From Eledone cirrhosa (lineage: Eukaryota): 64,000 bases of DNA. Where the stretch lies: NCBI GenBank assembly GCA_964016885.1, contig OZ024741.1:297972001-298036000 (forward strand), given 5' to 3'. A program made the translations under genes and the position numbers. Positions 49,001 to 61,518 of this stretch are shown here, in pieces. The notes under the pieces are model-generated. The model saw only the letters and a list, made by a program, of their open reading frames with translations. It ran no database searches and had not been told where the DNA came from. Position 1 is the first letter of the stretch. Each line of letters starts with the position of its first letter.

Positions 49001-49376
49001 TTGGTTGAGTCTGGTACTTATCTATTGATCAATTTTAGTGGAATTGCTTAAGTTATGGGACTTAAACAAAAACTAAATTTAAACACAGATACACACATTG
49101 TTTCAAGACAACTTTTCACACATAAATCTTTCTAAACTCCTTTTTTTTCCATGCATTGCAATACTGAAGAAAATTGAGTGCTTATGATGCATGAGATATC
49201 TTTTCTGGGACTTCATCACTCACAAATAAATACAGCATTCATAGATATTAAAGCAACCTTACTTTAAACTAACAATTATGAAACAGTGAAAAAGATCTGA
49301 CTATACAATACGACTGGTTCATTTACCAAAGAAATGTTTGTGTGAAGAAATCCAATTTTCAACAATCGATACTTAC

Positions 49377-49442
49377 TCTCTCACATCTTTCTGTGTCGGG
49401 GCATTTATAAGTGTTTCTGATTGCTCTAGGTTCAAGTCATTC
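49377..49442 (-). CDS. CFAP119: CFAP119-like gene A exon 3 (WNDLNLEQSETLINAPTQKDVR)
   Basis: ctccag|G...GA|gtaagt; 66 nt, phase 2/2. Confidence 0.85.
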
Positions 49443-50248
49443 CTGGAGTCATTTCAATATAAACAACAAAAGAAAATATAGAATATATTAAACAAGTCCC
49501 AAACCCTTTCATTCATATGTGAAATTATTTCTATAAAAATAAACTGTATAAGTCCTTCAGTTTAAAAACACTGTCAGATACTCAAAATTGATTAGAAAGA
49601 CAGTATATTGAACCCAGAAGTCTTTAAATGTGCTGGAAAAATCAGCATCAATGTAATCCTCACCAAATCAAAGTTTTGCTGAGCAGAATATGTCAGGATG
49701 GCTATGAATAGAATGCTCAAAGCCATCCTCTACAATGAGCTTACATATGGAGCAAGAGTGTGAGGCAGGTAGAAAAGATGATTGAAGGACAATTCCAGTG
49801 TCAATCTAGGAAAACACAGCAAAATACCGACAATGCTGGTGCTCTCTTTCCACTCAACATCTCCCTCAGCTGTCTAAGCTTCACTCTGATCAGGTTACTG
49901 CAAACAGAAACAGTCAATTGGCTTAGCAGCAGCAACGATGACTGTTTGATCGAAAAGTGCAGCACATGTACAACATCTGCATTCAAGTCTGTGGGTCCTG
50001 CATTGAACTTTTCACCCATATACATGCTCATATAGTGTGTTGCTGAAATGTGTAGTTGTGCATTAGACATTGCAGGGGCTGTATGGTGGTGTTGTAGTAG
50101 TGTTCTGATGTGTTGACGAGTTTGTTGTGATTATAGAAGTATCTTGAGTTGTTTGTATGTTCAGATGTGTATGGGGTATTGCTGTGGCTATGTGGAGGTG
50201 CTGTAATATACAGAACACACTTAACAAATTAAATAACAACAAACTTAC

Positions 50249-50280
50249 CAAATAACAAGTGTGGCATTGTGGCATTGAGG
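50249..50280 (-). CDS. CFAP119: CFAP119-like gene A exon 2 (PQCHNATLVI)
   Basis: tttcattttctccag|CCT...TG|gtaagt; 32 nt, phase 0/2; forms the conserved W with exon 3. Confidence 0.8.
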
Positions 50281-50399
50281 CTGGAGAAAATGAAATAGAT
50301 AATGTAAATAAAAAGTATTTACTTTGGCCTTGTTTTTAATTTTCATATAAAGTATATGTAAATGTCTGAAATCTGAATAAGTATCCTCCATCTCCAACT

Positions 50400-50525
50400 A
50401 ACTTACCCTCCGTCTCTGGGTCCCAATCGACAGGATGGAGAATGTATTGCCCTGGAGGATGGCGAGAGAGACATGCTGGAACAGTCACTCTACCTTGCAC
50501 CAGCGGGCAGTCAACTCCGCCCCAA
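50400..50525 (-). mobile_element. CRE-type retrotransposon 3' tip
   Basis: *LFQHVSLAILQGNTFSIL resembles WLFQCISLAITRGNTANVL of the CRE element at ~54900. Confidence 0.55.
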
Positions 50526-50804
50526 AAGTTATTTCAAGACTTAAATAGAATTATGACTTCATTTCGAATTATTTAGCCAAGGAATGAAAATCAGACCCAT
50601 GTATGTTGTAGGTCTTCTCTAATTGACACAGTTGGTGTTTAATTTAAATGTCTCCATGTTTATGTCTACAAGGGAAATGTGAACAAATAGGGAGTTCCAG
50701 TGAGGTGTAGTTCTGTGGAAAAATAATTAACTGTAGATTAAAGTAAGGAATAGAGGGAGATGGTAGAATCAGGTAGGTTAAGGCACAAGTAGTACACAAT
50801 CTGT

Positions 50805-51058
50805 TACTCTTAGGTCCCAAATAATAGGTGGGGGGAGGGGTAATCGGTAATTTTTTTAAAAACCAGAATTAGTTGTTTAGTTTAAATATTGAGACCCCAA
50901 CCATTCTATTTATTCTATAGTGTATGAGATTTCCAGTAATGTACTTTTTCCGTTATGTATAATGGTTTCTAATGTATAAAGAAAATTTCGCCGGAGATAG
51001 ATAAGCAAAATTTAATAAGTAAACAGGGGGGGGGGGGCTTATTTGAGACCTGAGAGTA
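50805..51058. mobile_element. MITE family X copy (short, complete)
   Basis: TA-ctcttaggtcccaaataa ... ttatttgagacctgagag-TA. Confidence 0.8.
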
Positions 51059-51295
51059 GATAAGAGATGTAGAGGCCACAGTATTTGCAATGAAATATAG
51101 AGATGGAGGAAGTATTACATCTATGGACTATTAGGTGCAGCCTGTTAGTCAATGAATCCTCCTTGTTGGATGCTCTAAATAAGATGATGGTTATGTATGT
51201 ATACGTTTGTAGATGGTCAACTTAAATGGTTCCCAATATCTATTGTTATTTTGTTACAGTCATACCTTCTCAAAGCCAACAATCAAGAATCAAAA

Positions 51296-52335
51296 CATCA
51301 TCGTCATTTAACATCCATTTCTCCATGCTAGCCAGATCAAATGACCGTGTCTTACTCACACTGGACCAATTTTGGCTTGATTTCTATGGCTGGATGGCAT
51401 AGAAAACTCCAACCATATTTATAGTGTGTACTGGGTGCTTTTAACTGTGGCACCAAAACGACCACTTTACAGTGTGGGCTGGATCTCTTTTATTATGGCA
51501 CCCTAACAACCACTTTACAGTGTGCTGGGTGCTTTTTGCCATGACACCTACACAACCACTTTACAGTGTGTACTGGGTGTTTTTTTTATCATGGCAAGGT
51601 AACAACCACTTTATAGTGTGGGTTGGGTGTCTTTTGTCGTGATACCTACACGACCACTTTACAGTGTAGACTGGACACTTTTTATTGTGGCATGAAAACG
51701 ACCACTTTACAGAAACCGATATTCCAAGAATGACCAAACATTGTAATATATCAGACAACCATAACAGTGATACTCACATTGAAACCGCTGTCAGGCTGTT
51801 TCACTTCCATACCCCCATGCCCTAACACCCCACCCCAGCCTCAGCCGCCAGTCCACACTATAAAGTGGTCATCTTGGTGCCACAACAAAAAACACCCAAC
51901 CCACACTGTAAAGTGGTCATTTTGGTGCCACAATAAATGGCACCCAGTTCACATTCTAAAATGGTTGTGTAGGACCAGCCTACACTGTAAAGCGGTCGTT
52001 GTGGTACCATGATAAAAGGCACCCAATCCACACTGTAAAGTGGTAGTTTTGGTGCCATGACAAAAAGCACCCAACCCACACTGCAAAGTGGTCATTTTGG
52101 TGCCACAACAAAAAGCGACCAGTCCATACTGAAAAGTGGTCGTGTAGGTGACATGATAAAAAGCACCCAGTACACTCTGTAAATGTGGTTGGCATTAGGA
52201 AGGACATCCAGCCGTAGAAACTAAGCCAGAAACAGTTCTGTATGAGCAAAACAGTCACCTGACCCGACTTGCCTAAAAAAACCCTGTCTAACCCATGCTA
52301 GCATGGAAAATAGACATTGAATGATGATGATGATT
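51296..52335. mobile_element. Head-to-head pair of RTE-UTR-derived SINE-like copies with ~60-bp internal tandem repeats
   Basis: 51296-51712 on minus and ~51810-52335 on plus, tails facing outward; repeat unit cacactgtaaagtggtc...gtgccacaacaaaaagcaccc. Confidence 0.75.
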
Positions 52336-52348
52336 CATTCTTATGGAA

Positions 52349-52735
52349 ATAATTGTTTCTACTTTAGGCACAAGGCCAGCAATTACCCAGTACATTACTG
52401 GTACTTTATTTTATCGACCCCGTAAGGATGAAAGGCAAAGTTAACCTCGGCGGGATTTGAACTCAGACTGTAAAGGGACGTAACTATGCTAGAAAACATG
52501 GCGTCCAACCCTCTACCGATACTGGGTTGGGGATTGGTAGAACTGGTAGAGCTTCAGATAAAATGCTATTGCAGTATTTGTTTTGGTTCTTTAGATTCTG
52601 AGTTCAAATCCCACCATAGTCAACTTTACCTAACAAGATTGATAAGATAAAGTACCAGCCAAGTATTAGGGTTGATTTAATCAACTTTGCTCTTCCGCCA
52701 AATTTGCTAGCCTTGTGCCTAAATTAAAAATCAAT
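52349..52735. mobile_element. Two head-to-head tRNA-SINEs (Meta-type core)
   Basis: 52349-52524 on minus; ~52530-52735 on plus (gagttcaaatccc, gataagataaagtacc). Confidence 0.7.
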
Positions 52736-52959
52736 ATTACTAGTAGCTATTTGACTAAGTATGGCAGGACAAAAGACAAAGTCAACACTAGCACTTTCAA
52801 TTACAAATTTTCATTTTTTTTTATTTTGCTACATATGGAGGAAGGAGCTATGCCCCTTGACTTTTGCAGGCTCTCTAAGACCAATGAAATTAATATTGTT
52901 GATCCTCAGTTTAAATTGTCACAAGTCTCTCCATGTACAGAGAAAGAATTCCAGAGGCA

Positions 52960-53420
52960 AAACAGGACAAGTTGTAATGTGGGTCCTGGAGAGGTTGAAC
53001 ACAAAATGAGTGATGAGAGGACGACAGACGAGTTAGATAAAAATGCACAAGTGGAGGTTGTGCGATGTCAGCCAGCTCTGAGGAGTAAATGCCATTGTAG
53101 TAGTGGTAGAAATGTGGGCCAGAGGCTGGCACATGTCGGTCAGTGACTTTATACCAATAAAGCAAGTAGCTTTTTTCTGGATGCAGTCAAGAATGTTTAT
53201 ATGTGTGGTAGCAGCATCATCCCAAATATGGGAGCAGTACTCAATTGTGGGTCTTGCTTGAGCTTAGTAGAGGGTTAGAAGTTGTTGGGAGTTGGAGTAA
53301 TTTATGGCTCTGTTTAAGATGTGGGTTCAACACAAGAGATCCTCAGTGATAGTGAGGCCTAGCATTTGGAGTGAACACAAGGGTTTTAATTATATGCTGC
53401 TCATATTTGGGGATGGTTAG
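52960..53420 (-). mobile_element. CR1/Zenon-type LINE remnant
   Basis: Minus strand RPTIEYCSHIWDDAA and FYHYYNGIYSSELAD. Confidence 0.6.
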
Positions 53421-53890
53421 CAGTGGTGATGTTTTACTTCTATACACATGCAATCAACAAATCAAATGAACAATAACAAAAATGAATCCGACCTTTCCCT
53501 GATTTGGTTTCAGTCATTCAACTGGACTGCAGTCACCCTGAAGAAACATGTTAAAGAGTTTTGGCAATCATATCAATCCCAGTACTTAGTGATTTTATTA
53601 CTCTCTATTTGCTTAACCTAGACATTACAAGGAAAATATCAAAAATATAGATATGAACACATCCACACACAGACATGCAGAATTGCAATTATTATTTTTC
53701 TAGAAATTGTTCATAGACAAAGTCATCTCTTTCTTAAGAAACGGTGAGTACTCTTGGGTCCCAAATAATAGGAAGGTGTGGAATAAGCGGGGGAATGGCG
53801 GAAATCGGTAATTTTTCTAGGTTGTCTCCGCTGATTTAAAAAAAAAAACAGAATTAGTCGTTTAGTTTACATATTGAGAGCCCACCCCAC

Positions 53891-54412
53891 AAGGGGCGAA
53901 GGGTCCGTGCATACAAAGCATGCAGTGCATGCGTTATAGAATCTTGAGTTGATCAATTGCGTCAGTTGAAGCAAGCAGAATTTTGGCTGCTTACTAAAAC
54001 GTAGACACAAAAAAAGATAACACACACACAAACATAATTTTGACTGCTTACTAAATCATAGATACATAAAAAGATAACACACACATACACACAAACACAC
54101 GACAGCGTCAGTTGAAGCAAGCAAAATTTTGGCTGCTTAACGTATAGACACAAAAAAAGATAACACATACACACACACACATACACACAAACACATACAC
54201 ACAACAGCTTTGGGGCAAGCAGAATTTTGACTGCTTACTAAATTGTAGACACATAAAAAGATAACACACACACACTAGATAACACTACATGCGGCTTTGA
54301 CCGGGAGGGTCATTTAGAAGGAATGGGGGGGGGGGGGTAAGGCTGCACAGCCCACTTTCCGCCATGGCGATTGGACTGCATGCCCTGCTTTCCAGGTTAC
54401 CTTTCGCCACTG
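53891..54412. mobile_element. hAT-like non-autonomous element with internal tandem repeats
   Basis: Imperfect TIRs aaggggcgaagggt / acctttcgccactg; 8-bp TSD caccccac (53883-53890) / caccccaa (54413-54420). Confidence 0.6.
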
Positions 54413-54513
54413 CACCCCAACTCACCCCCAATCCATCCTATTAATTTTATAATGTATGGGATTTTTAGTAATGTACTTTTTTTGTCATGTATGTTTTTTA
54501 ATGTCTAAAGAAA

Positions 54514-57500
54514 TTTTTTTTTTTTTTTAAGGATATATTCTTTTAATGCTGCAATATTAACCCTTTAGCATTTACACCGGACGTATCTGGCCAGAATTCT
54601 CTCACTTCTTTCTGTTCAAACCAACTGTAACTGCCTGCTCAGACTGACGTTAAGGTAATGTTCACAAAATAAATAACATCAAAATCTCGTAGATTTGATA
54701 TAATGAGATAATTTTACAAGATAAAACCTTCAGTGTGAAAATACAATAGTATACATAGAGTAATGTGAATGCTAAAGGGTTAAAGAAAATGTAAAAGAAG
54801 GGGTGAACAACCGAGCCAACAACAGAGCAAAAGACAGCAGCGTCGCGAGGAGTACTGGGCAACCTCTCTAATGATTTTTTGGCAAGCCAGCACATTCGCA
54901 GTGTTGCCTCGGGTGATGGCGAGGCTAATGCACTGGAACAACCAAGCACCCTCGCGAGATTCGCCAGTTACCTCTATTAGGCGAGCCGCCAGTGAAGAGA
55001 GGAACCTCGCAGTTAGCGGCTCGACTTCCCCAAACGTCTCGAAAGTCACAGGCTGAAAAATGTAGCTGGCCGACAGATCACAGTATTTCAGGGTCTTACT
55101 CCTCTCAACTGCGGAAGCTGTGGCTCTCGTCCTAACTGCAGTATCCAGCATGTGGGAAGAAGCAAAAGAGTCACTAACAGTGACGTCCCAGACAAGGTAC
55201 CTACCTCTCGACCAGGGACACAGGGTAAGACTGTCAGGTGTTTTGCCGTCACTTCTGAACAACCCAGATGGTTCTAAGATTGAGGGGATGTTCACTCGGG
55301 CCAAAGCTCTCTTGAGAATGAGGTTTAGCTCCATGTGACGCGTGAAGCGGCCGGCATTCAGGCGGCAAGAAGGACTGTGGAGTTGAGGAGTTTTCCGCAT
55401 CGGCACCTCAAATCCATGCAGACGTCAGCTCTCACACTGAGGGCGATGGAGACATAAAGTTCGTCCAGGCTGTGTAGGTCACCAACGTTAGCCACAGGTA
55501 GGGCATCAACCCAGTCGCCTGAGTATTTGGTGCTGGCAGATAGTAAGCGGCACCTTGCAAACTGATCCGACTGGGCGAAGAGGGAGTCGAAGGTGGCCTT
55601 CGAACTTATGCTGTCTCAAGTTCTCTGACTTCGACTGTCCTCCACCTTCTCAGGAAGAGACAAGCCCAACTCACTCCATTGCTGGAGAGCTTCACCCAAC
55701 TCCCTGTTGGAACTAGTCCATGTTGGGGAGGAGAGGATGCTGCTCACCAGGGTGGAGCAAGCATGAGTGGAGGAAAGGAATCAGGGAGAGAGAGGGACGA
55801 ACACTTACGAAGACCAAGACCCCAAATCGCTTGGGCAACACAGCCTGATCGCGGGACCCCGGAGAGAGTCTAATATTGACCAGGTACTCGAGTCTCTCGA
55901 AGATTACGTTGTCGAAGCATTGGAGGCAGGACGGAAATCTGTGAGAGGGGCTGACCCTGAGCAGATACAGAAGCTTAGGAATGGACAGGTAGTTCCTGAG
56001 TATGAAGAAACCTTGATGGCGTTCGATAACTTCAATATTCTTCAGCAGTTGCTCAAGGCCAACCATCTTCAATTAGGAGGTTGACTAGAAGGCAAGGTCT
56101 GTGATTGGGGCTCCTAAGGAGCACCAAGCCGACGGGGAAGGGAAGGACTCTGCAAACGGGTGGTTGGGGATCCAGAGCTCACATTTGGAGCTATTGACCT
56201 GGAGACCCCGTGGCCAAGCTCCTCAACCATTTTGTTGGCAGTGGTGAGAACCATATCCAGAGTTCCCCCCAAACAAGCGTCGTCGAGGTACCAGACATTG
56301 AGGTCCATCTTGGTGACGTCATCAATGCCCAGTGCAAACAGAGTGGGTCCGAGTGGGTCACCCTGTTGGACTCCTGAGGCAGAGGTGATGATTTGGTCAC
56401 CGAAAGAGAGGTAGGAGGGTTCCCGATAAGCCTGCCAAGCAAAGTGGTAGAGTTGTGGGACCCTCCATCTTACTGAGCCGAGAACGACGTCGCAGCTGAC
56501 GGAGTTGAAAGCATTCCTGAGGTCAAGTTTGAGGATGACTTTGGGGGACGAGGGGGGCAAGTTGATAAAGGCTCTGGTAGCGTGGACAGCAGCCTCACAT
56601 CCCAACTTGGTACCCACCCCCAGCTGGATGGGAGAAAACTCCTCCGCCAGTGAGTTGGAGACCAACAGCAAACACGCCTTTGCATTGAGGCAGCGAAGAG
56701 TGCAGCCAACCGCGATGGGGCACAGGTCTCCGTTGGGCTTGGTGAGACCAAATAGCTTCGCACCAAAGAACAGTGGGCAGATGAACGGGAGAACGTTCAC
56801 TGAAGAGAACTGATTCACAAACTGAGTCAGACTTTCCAAGAGCTTGAGTCCAGCGTCACCGGCCGATAAGGAGATACCATCCTTGAGGTGTTGAGGATAA
56901 AGGCCGTCAGCCTCGCACCTGACCCAGCGGGGAAGGATGAAATCGCCTTTCTGATGATATCGGTGGCGTAAACCGATCTCGAGTATTCTGGTGGTTCGGG
57001 CCAGTGTAGCTGATCATCTGGGGGTGCTAATGGGTGCTTCTCTTTCAGTCGCTCAAGAGAATCAGAGTTGCATGGAGGACAGAGAAGAGAGGAGGCGGAC
57101 CCTTTAATGTCAAATTCGCTGAATTTGGCATTGACTGCTCGCTGGAGGTCTACCGGTTGTCTGTTGATGGACACCGGGCTCAATGTTGAACTAAGGTGAG
57201 ACGTGGTTGGGGTGAACTCAAACAGCTGGAACTCCCGCTTGAGAAAGGACATGAGGGAACCCGAATTCGCATTGTGCATGTGAAGAGAGATGAGAGGAAA
57301 CAAAAACAATTTCTGCCAGTCAGACCTATTATTGGACGAGCAATAAAGTCAATAAATTTTTCAATAAATTAGAGATGGCACGTGCAAGGCTATTCCGAGC
57401 TCCCTTAGGGATCCGGTAATTGAGCTTTGATTTGGAGAGACCCTGGAGGGCTGTGACAAAGTCCTTGGTAGAGAGTTGGTCATCGAAGCGTTGGGCATCC

Positions 57501-58295
57501 CAGGGAATATGTCGGAGCTGAAGTGTCACCGATTACAGGTCCAGTATTGAAGCCTTTCGGCTTGAGCTTTGGTGATGCCGACACAGCTTCTGTGGTAGCT
57601 TGCGTGGCATAGGTGACATTTGATTATCTTTAAGTACCGGCTAGTGCGAGTACAGAGAGCGCAATCAGTTGGTGGGCTGGTAGCAGCCGGCAGTAGAGGG
57701 CCAGCGTTGGAATTTGGTGGAGGGAGAGACTCAGTAAAAGAGGCAGCAGTGGTTCTAACGGTGGGACTAGAGCGGAGGTTGGGTGGTGGGCTAACATTTG
57801 TCGGAGTGGTGGGGTTGGCTGGGTTGAATTCACTCGGAATCTGGTGAAGAGGAGGAGGGGTAGGTGGAATAGAAACAAGTTAGCTCCTCTCGTGCGTGCC
57901 GAAGTTGATGGAGAATGAGAGGTCGAAGGCTGACCGGTTGTAACATAGTCGTTCCACCAAGCAGGTCTCTTGGTCGTTCGACGCATGCCTCCGCCACTTA
58001 GAGTGGATTAGGTTAAAGTGGTGGCAACTTTATTAGCAACTTTATAGAAAGTGGAGAAGATTTATGAGTGCAGTCATGTGAGAGGCAGGTAAATACAGTG
58101 GAAGAGAAAGAGTAATGAACATGTAAAGAGAAGGAAAATAAAAACGTTAGAAGTACAAAATCTAAGGCTGTGAGTTTGTGTAATATTTTGCATGGGTAAA
58201 TCTGCAGTAAAATCAGAAATTGTGAGTTAATATAAAATTCCACATGGGCAAGACTGCAGTAAAATCAAAACCTGTTATTCCTCTCTGTAGATAGT
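54514..58295 (-). mobile_element. CRE-clade non-LTR retrotransposon (RT + restriction-like endonuclease), near full length, frameshifted
   Basis: RIPKGAR; PIAVG, QLGVG..GCEAAVHA, KLDLRNAFNS, GVQQGDPLGP, WYLDD; RH..LN..EP.GL...GKTPD..W..G..LVWDVT, FETFG, SLAITRGN; poly(A) tail at 54514-54528. Confidence 0.9.
54557..54783. mobile_element. piggyBac-like MITE inserted in the CRE 3' UTR
   Basis: TTAA-ccctttagcatt ... aatgctaaaggg-TTAA. Confidence 0.88.
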
Positions 58296-59200
58296 AAAAT
58301 TGTTGCAGGAATGCTAGTATTCACAATAAAATGTTGCCAGAGATAGATTAGAAAAATTTAATAAGCGGTAGCAGGGGGGGGGGGGTATTATTCGAGACTC
58401 TAGAGTACTCGTAAATAAATAGTAAATAGTAAAATGATGTGCCATAGTGAATTGATGGGATGTAAAGTATAGGATTCAGTAAAATAGTGTCCTGTTTCAT
58501 CTCATCAACTAGACAGTGCCTCTTATTTTCTTAAGTAACTGTCCACCTGTTACTATTTCTTGTTAGAAAGACTAAATCATTGAGATTCCAGTATTAACTC
58601 TGGTTAAATAGCAGTAGTGGTAGCATGATCTACTAGAAATAGCAGCCAAACCCCCCCCCCCCCCCACTTACATCCTGCTCTCTTGAAAAAGGGAAGGATA
58701 CACTGGATAATGCAATTTTAAACATACTTCTAAAATGATGAGAGGGTCATTGCTGGAATGTCTTTGGTCATATGTTCGCTCAATTCAAACTGGTTTGGGA
58801 TTAAAGAAGTAGTTTCAAAGGTGAATGAAATAGGACATTGTCTATGATTTTCAAATAATTTGGAAAATAATCAGGAATTTGGAGAGATTTAGTAGAATAA
58901 CTTTCTCATTATTAAGTTGGTGTTTGAAACATTAGGACAAAAGGTTCTTATATAAAATGATGATGAACGGGTTTTGATAAATATAAACACTTTAAAATAG
59001 TTTTGTATTGTAGAACCAGGTCCATTTCAGCCGGTTTTTGGTATCAAAAGGGTTAATATCGTTTTTTTAATAACTTAGGGTTGTTTTTATAGTTTCAACG
59101 TTTTTACATAAAGTTTCAATGTGATTTCTATATGGTTACTCTATTGTTCTGAGAAACATCTTTTAAATAGAAAAGAATAAAATATTTTTTAAAGACTTAC

Positions 59201-59239
59201 CAATGGAACACTGTCCATTGACATATCAACTGTTTCCAT
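59201..59239 (-). CDS. CFAP119: CFAP119-like gene A putative first coding exon (METVDMSMDSVPL)
   Basis: acaATGG Kozak context, TTG|gtaagt donor in phase 0 matching exon 2; possible acceptor at 59312-59313 implies an upstream non-coding exon; no homology support. Confidence 0.55.
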
Positions 59240-59418
59240 TGTAGTGTTAGTTAATATAGAAGTTGGATAGATGGTAATGTAATGACCGCAGAGTGAGGAG
59301 ATTTAATATTTCTGAGATATTTAAAATGTGAAAAATGCGGAAAGCTTTGTTGTTAAGGGCAACAAATGTAAGGGGGGTAACTTTGTGACAATGAAATTTT
59401 AAAAATGCTGTACCAAAT

Positions 59419-59597
59419 AATTGTTTCTACTTTTGGCACAAGGCCAGCAATTACTCAGTACATTACTGGTACTTTATTTTATTGACCTCGTAAGGATGAA
59501 AGGCAAAGTTGACCTCGGCGTGATTTGATCTCAGAATGGAAAGGGCCGTAACTCTATGCGTCAAAGCATGCGTCCGACGCTCTACCGATACTGCCAA
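59419..59597 (-). mobile_element. tRNA-SINE (Meta-type core)
   Basis: Same family as 19336-19512. Confidence 0.8.
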
Positions 59598-59829
59598 GGG
59601 GAACATACTCCTGTGACTAGTCAATTCTGTCTTGATGGCAGTGCGTAGATAGGTGGTTTCTCTATGGTTACGAGAAATATCTTTTAAATAAGAAAGAATA
59701 AAGTATTTTCTCTAGACTATACTGTTCATTGACATATCAACTGTTTCCATTGTAGTGTTAGTTAATATAGAAGTTGAATGGATGGTAATGTAATGACCGT
59801 GGAGTGAGGAGTACACTATAACAGTTTCA

Positions 59830-60600
59830 CCGCTACAGGTTCGACGATAAACCTATCGGAAAGCGGCCGGTGCGTTAGCAGCTTGTCGGGAAACGAAACG
59901 TGCGTTTGTCACCGAATGCACCAGCTTGCCGCTGGATAAAGTTCCCGGATGAGGAGCTTACCACCACGGAATGGTAAAATTGTTATGCCAAATTATATAA
60001 AATATATATACCAACACAGATCTCCTAGATGTTAGTTCACGCCGCATGCTTTACAACGTTTCTGCAGTAATGTCTCTACAGTCTGTACATAAAGAAGAGA
60101 CGAGAGAGGACAGCCGGAACGGACCACGTACAGGATGCTGAAGGATTCCACTTGGTGGCCATTTACTCTGACCAACAAGCAGATGCTGTACATTACAGCG
60201 ATCCATCTTCTGAAGCCGGCCTAAGGACAGTTGCCAAGTATCGATGGTCGACTCTATCGAAAGCGTTCGGTTGATCTAAATTGATCAGGATTCCACCCAT
60301 GCAAGGTTCCTTACTTACTCTTTCTATGATACATCGCATGAGGTGGAGGTTCTTGTGGATGGATCTGTTCGAAATTGCACATGTCCTCGCCTCTCAAGAG
60401 CATTGACGACAAGCGTCTACCTCTTCGCTAACACCTTAACTAAAATCTTGAACTATGCTTTAAGCAGAGTTACGAGCCGAAAATTATTAAAATGATTCCC
60501 CTTGTTCAGGTTGTTTCTCAGTAGCTTCACCGCTCTTTGACTCACAAAAAATGGGATTCTCCCATTTTTGGTAGACATCTACAAACAGTCGCCGAACAAG
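59830..60600 (-). mobile_element. Tx1/L1-clade LINE RT remnant
   Basis: Minus strand FRLVTLLKA*FKILVKVLAKR, ILINLDQPNAFDRVDHRYL, VRSGCPLS. Confidence 0.75.
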
Positions 60601-60997
60601 TCTGGCATATAAACAAAACGTTCACAGGACAGGCTATCCAAAAACTTTCGTTATTTCATGTCTTTAAACATGCATCTTAGCTCTGACAACGTACCCTTCG
60701 GGCTTGGCGTTGAAGAATTGGTCGAGGCTAATCTCGAAACAAGCACAGCGAAACACTTATATGGTGCCATAAACCCACTAAAACGAAAGTATGTTCATAG
60801 GCACTTTAATCGTTCATTCATTTGTACATATAACTCTAAAATGTTAAAGGCAGATCCATGCTGGCATTTCTTAAAGCGACACGGGTGGTGCAGTTTTTTT
60901 GTTGTTGTTGTTATAGAAAACTCATTCCAGAAAGCTGCATCTGACTTACAGAAAGCCAGATCACCAAAACCCTTAATTTTCGTAAACGATAAAATTG

Positions 60998-61137
60998 TAT
61001 TAAATTTTTGACTTTTTAATGTAACTTTTTAAATTGATAATTCGTATTAAATTATGTATGTGTGTGCGTGCATGCATATATAATTCAATACAAATTATCA
61101 ATTTCAAACGTCACGCTAAAAAGTCAAAAATTTAATA
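60998..61137. repeat. Degenerate 140-bp palindrome (MITE-like)
   Basis: tattaaatttttgacttttta / taaaaagtcaaaaatttaata plus inner aaattgataatt / aattatcaattt. Confidence 0.7.
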
Positions 61138-61390
61138 TATAACTACACTACTGAATGAATTCTTTGTTTGTTTGTCATTTTTATGGACAATAAGGTTTGA
61201 AGGGGGAGGGGGCAATTAAAGTTGACGATTTATACATTTTATTATGAAAATAATTTACAAAGAAACACGTCAATAATAAAATAGATCGAAGCAAGAAAAA
61301 AATAAGGAAACGACATGCACACTCGCTTCTTTGGACATTACCGTAGGTAATGCTGGTGTTGCCTTCAAATCGCGTTTTATTCTTTACCCG

Positions 61391-61506
61391 TACTCTCGGG
61401 TCCCAAATAATAGGAGGGGAATAAGTGGGGGGAGGTGGTCGGTAGGATTTCTAGGTTGTCTCTTTTTTGTCATGTATAATGTTTTTTAATGTATAAAGAA
61501 AATTAA
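61391..61506. mobile_element. MITE family X left part
   Basis: tactctcgggtcccaaataatagg. Confidence 0.7.
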
Positions 61507-61518
61507 CTACAACGCTAT

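Larger units (their letters stand above)
53749..58407. mobile_element. MITE family X copy split by nested insertions
   Basis: TA-ctcttgggtcccaaataa at 53749; body resumes at 54421-54513 and 58296-58407, ending ttattcgagactctagag-TA. Confidence 0.8.
16928..59239 (-). other. CFAP119: CFAP119/CCDC189-like gene A, full coding span (9 coding exons, 282 aa)
   Basis: Joined exons give METVDMSMDSVPL-PQCHNATLVIWNDLNLEQ...[32 protein letters not shown]...[22 protein letters not shown]..., matching recalled CCDC189 motifs (TPLGN, [32 protein letters not shown]); all intron phases compatible. Confidence 0.88.

Noticed and set aside
52715-53146. 143-aa plus-strand ORF
   Set aside because: Antisense to a decayed CR1/Zenon-type LINE and overlapping a SINE
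57630-57986. RRTTKRPAWWNDYV motif suggesting an LTR-retrotransposon integrase tail
   Set aside because: No LTRs, integrase or PPT nearby; it lies in the 5' part of the CRE element and cannot be assigned
60658-61011. 117-aa ORF upstream of gene A
   Set aside because: No recognisable motif or splice structure, and it ends inside a palindrome
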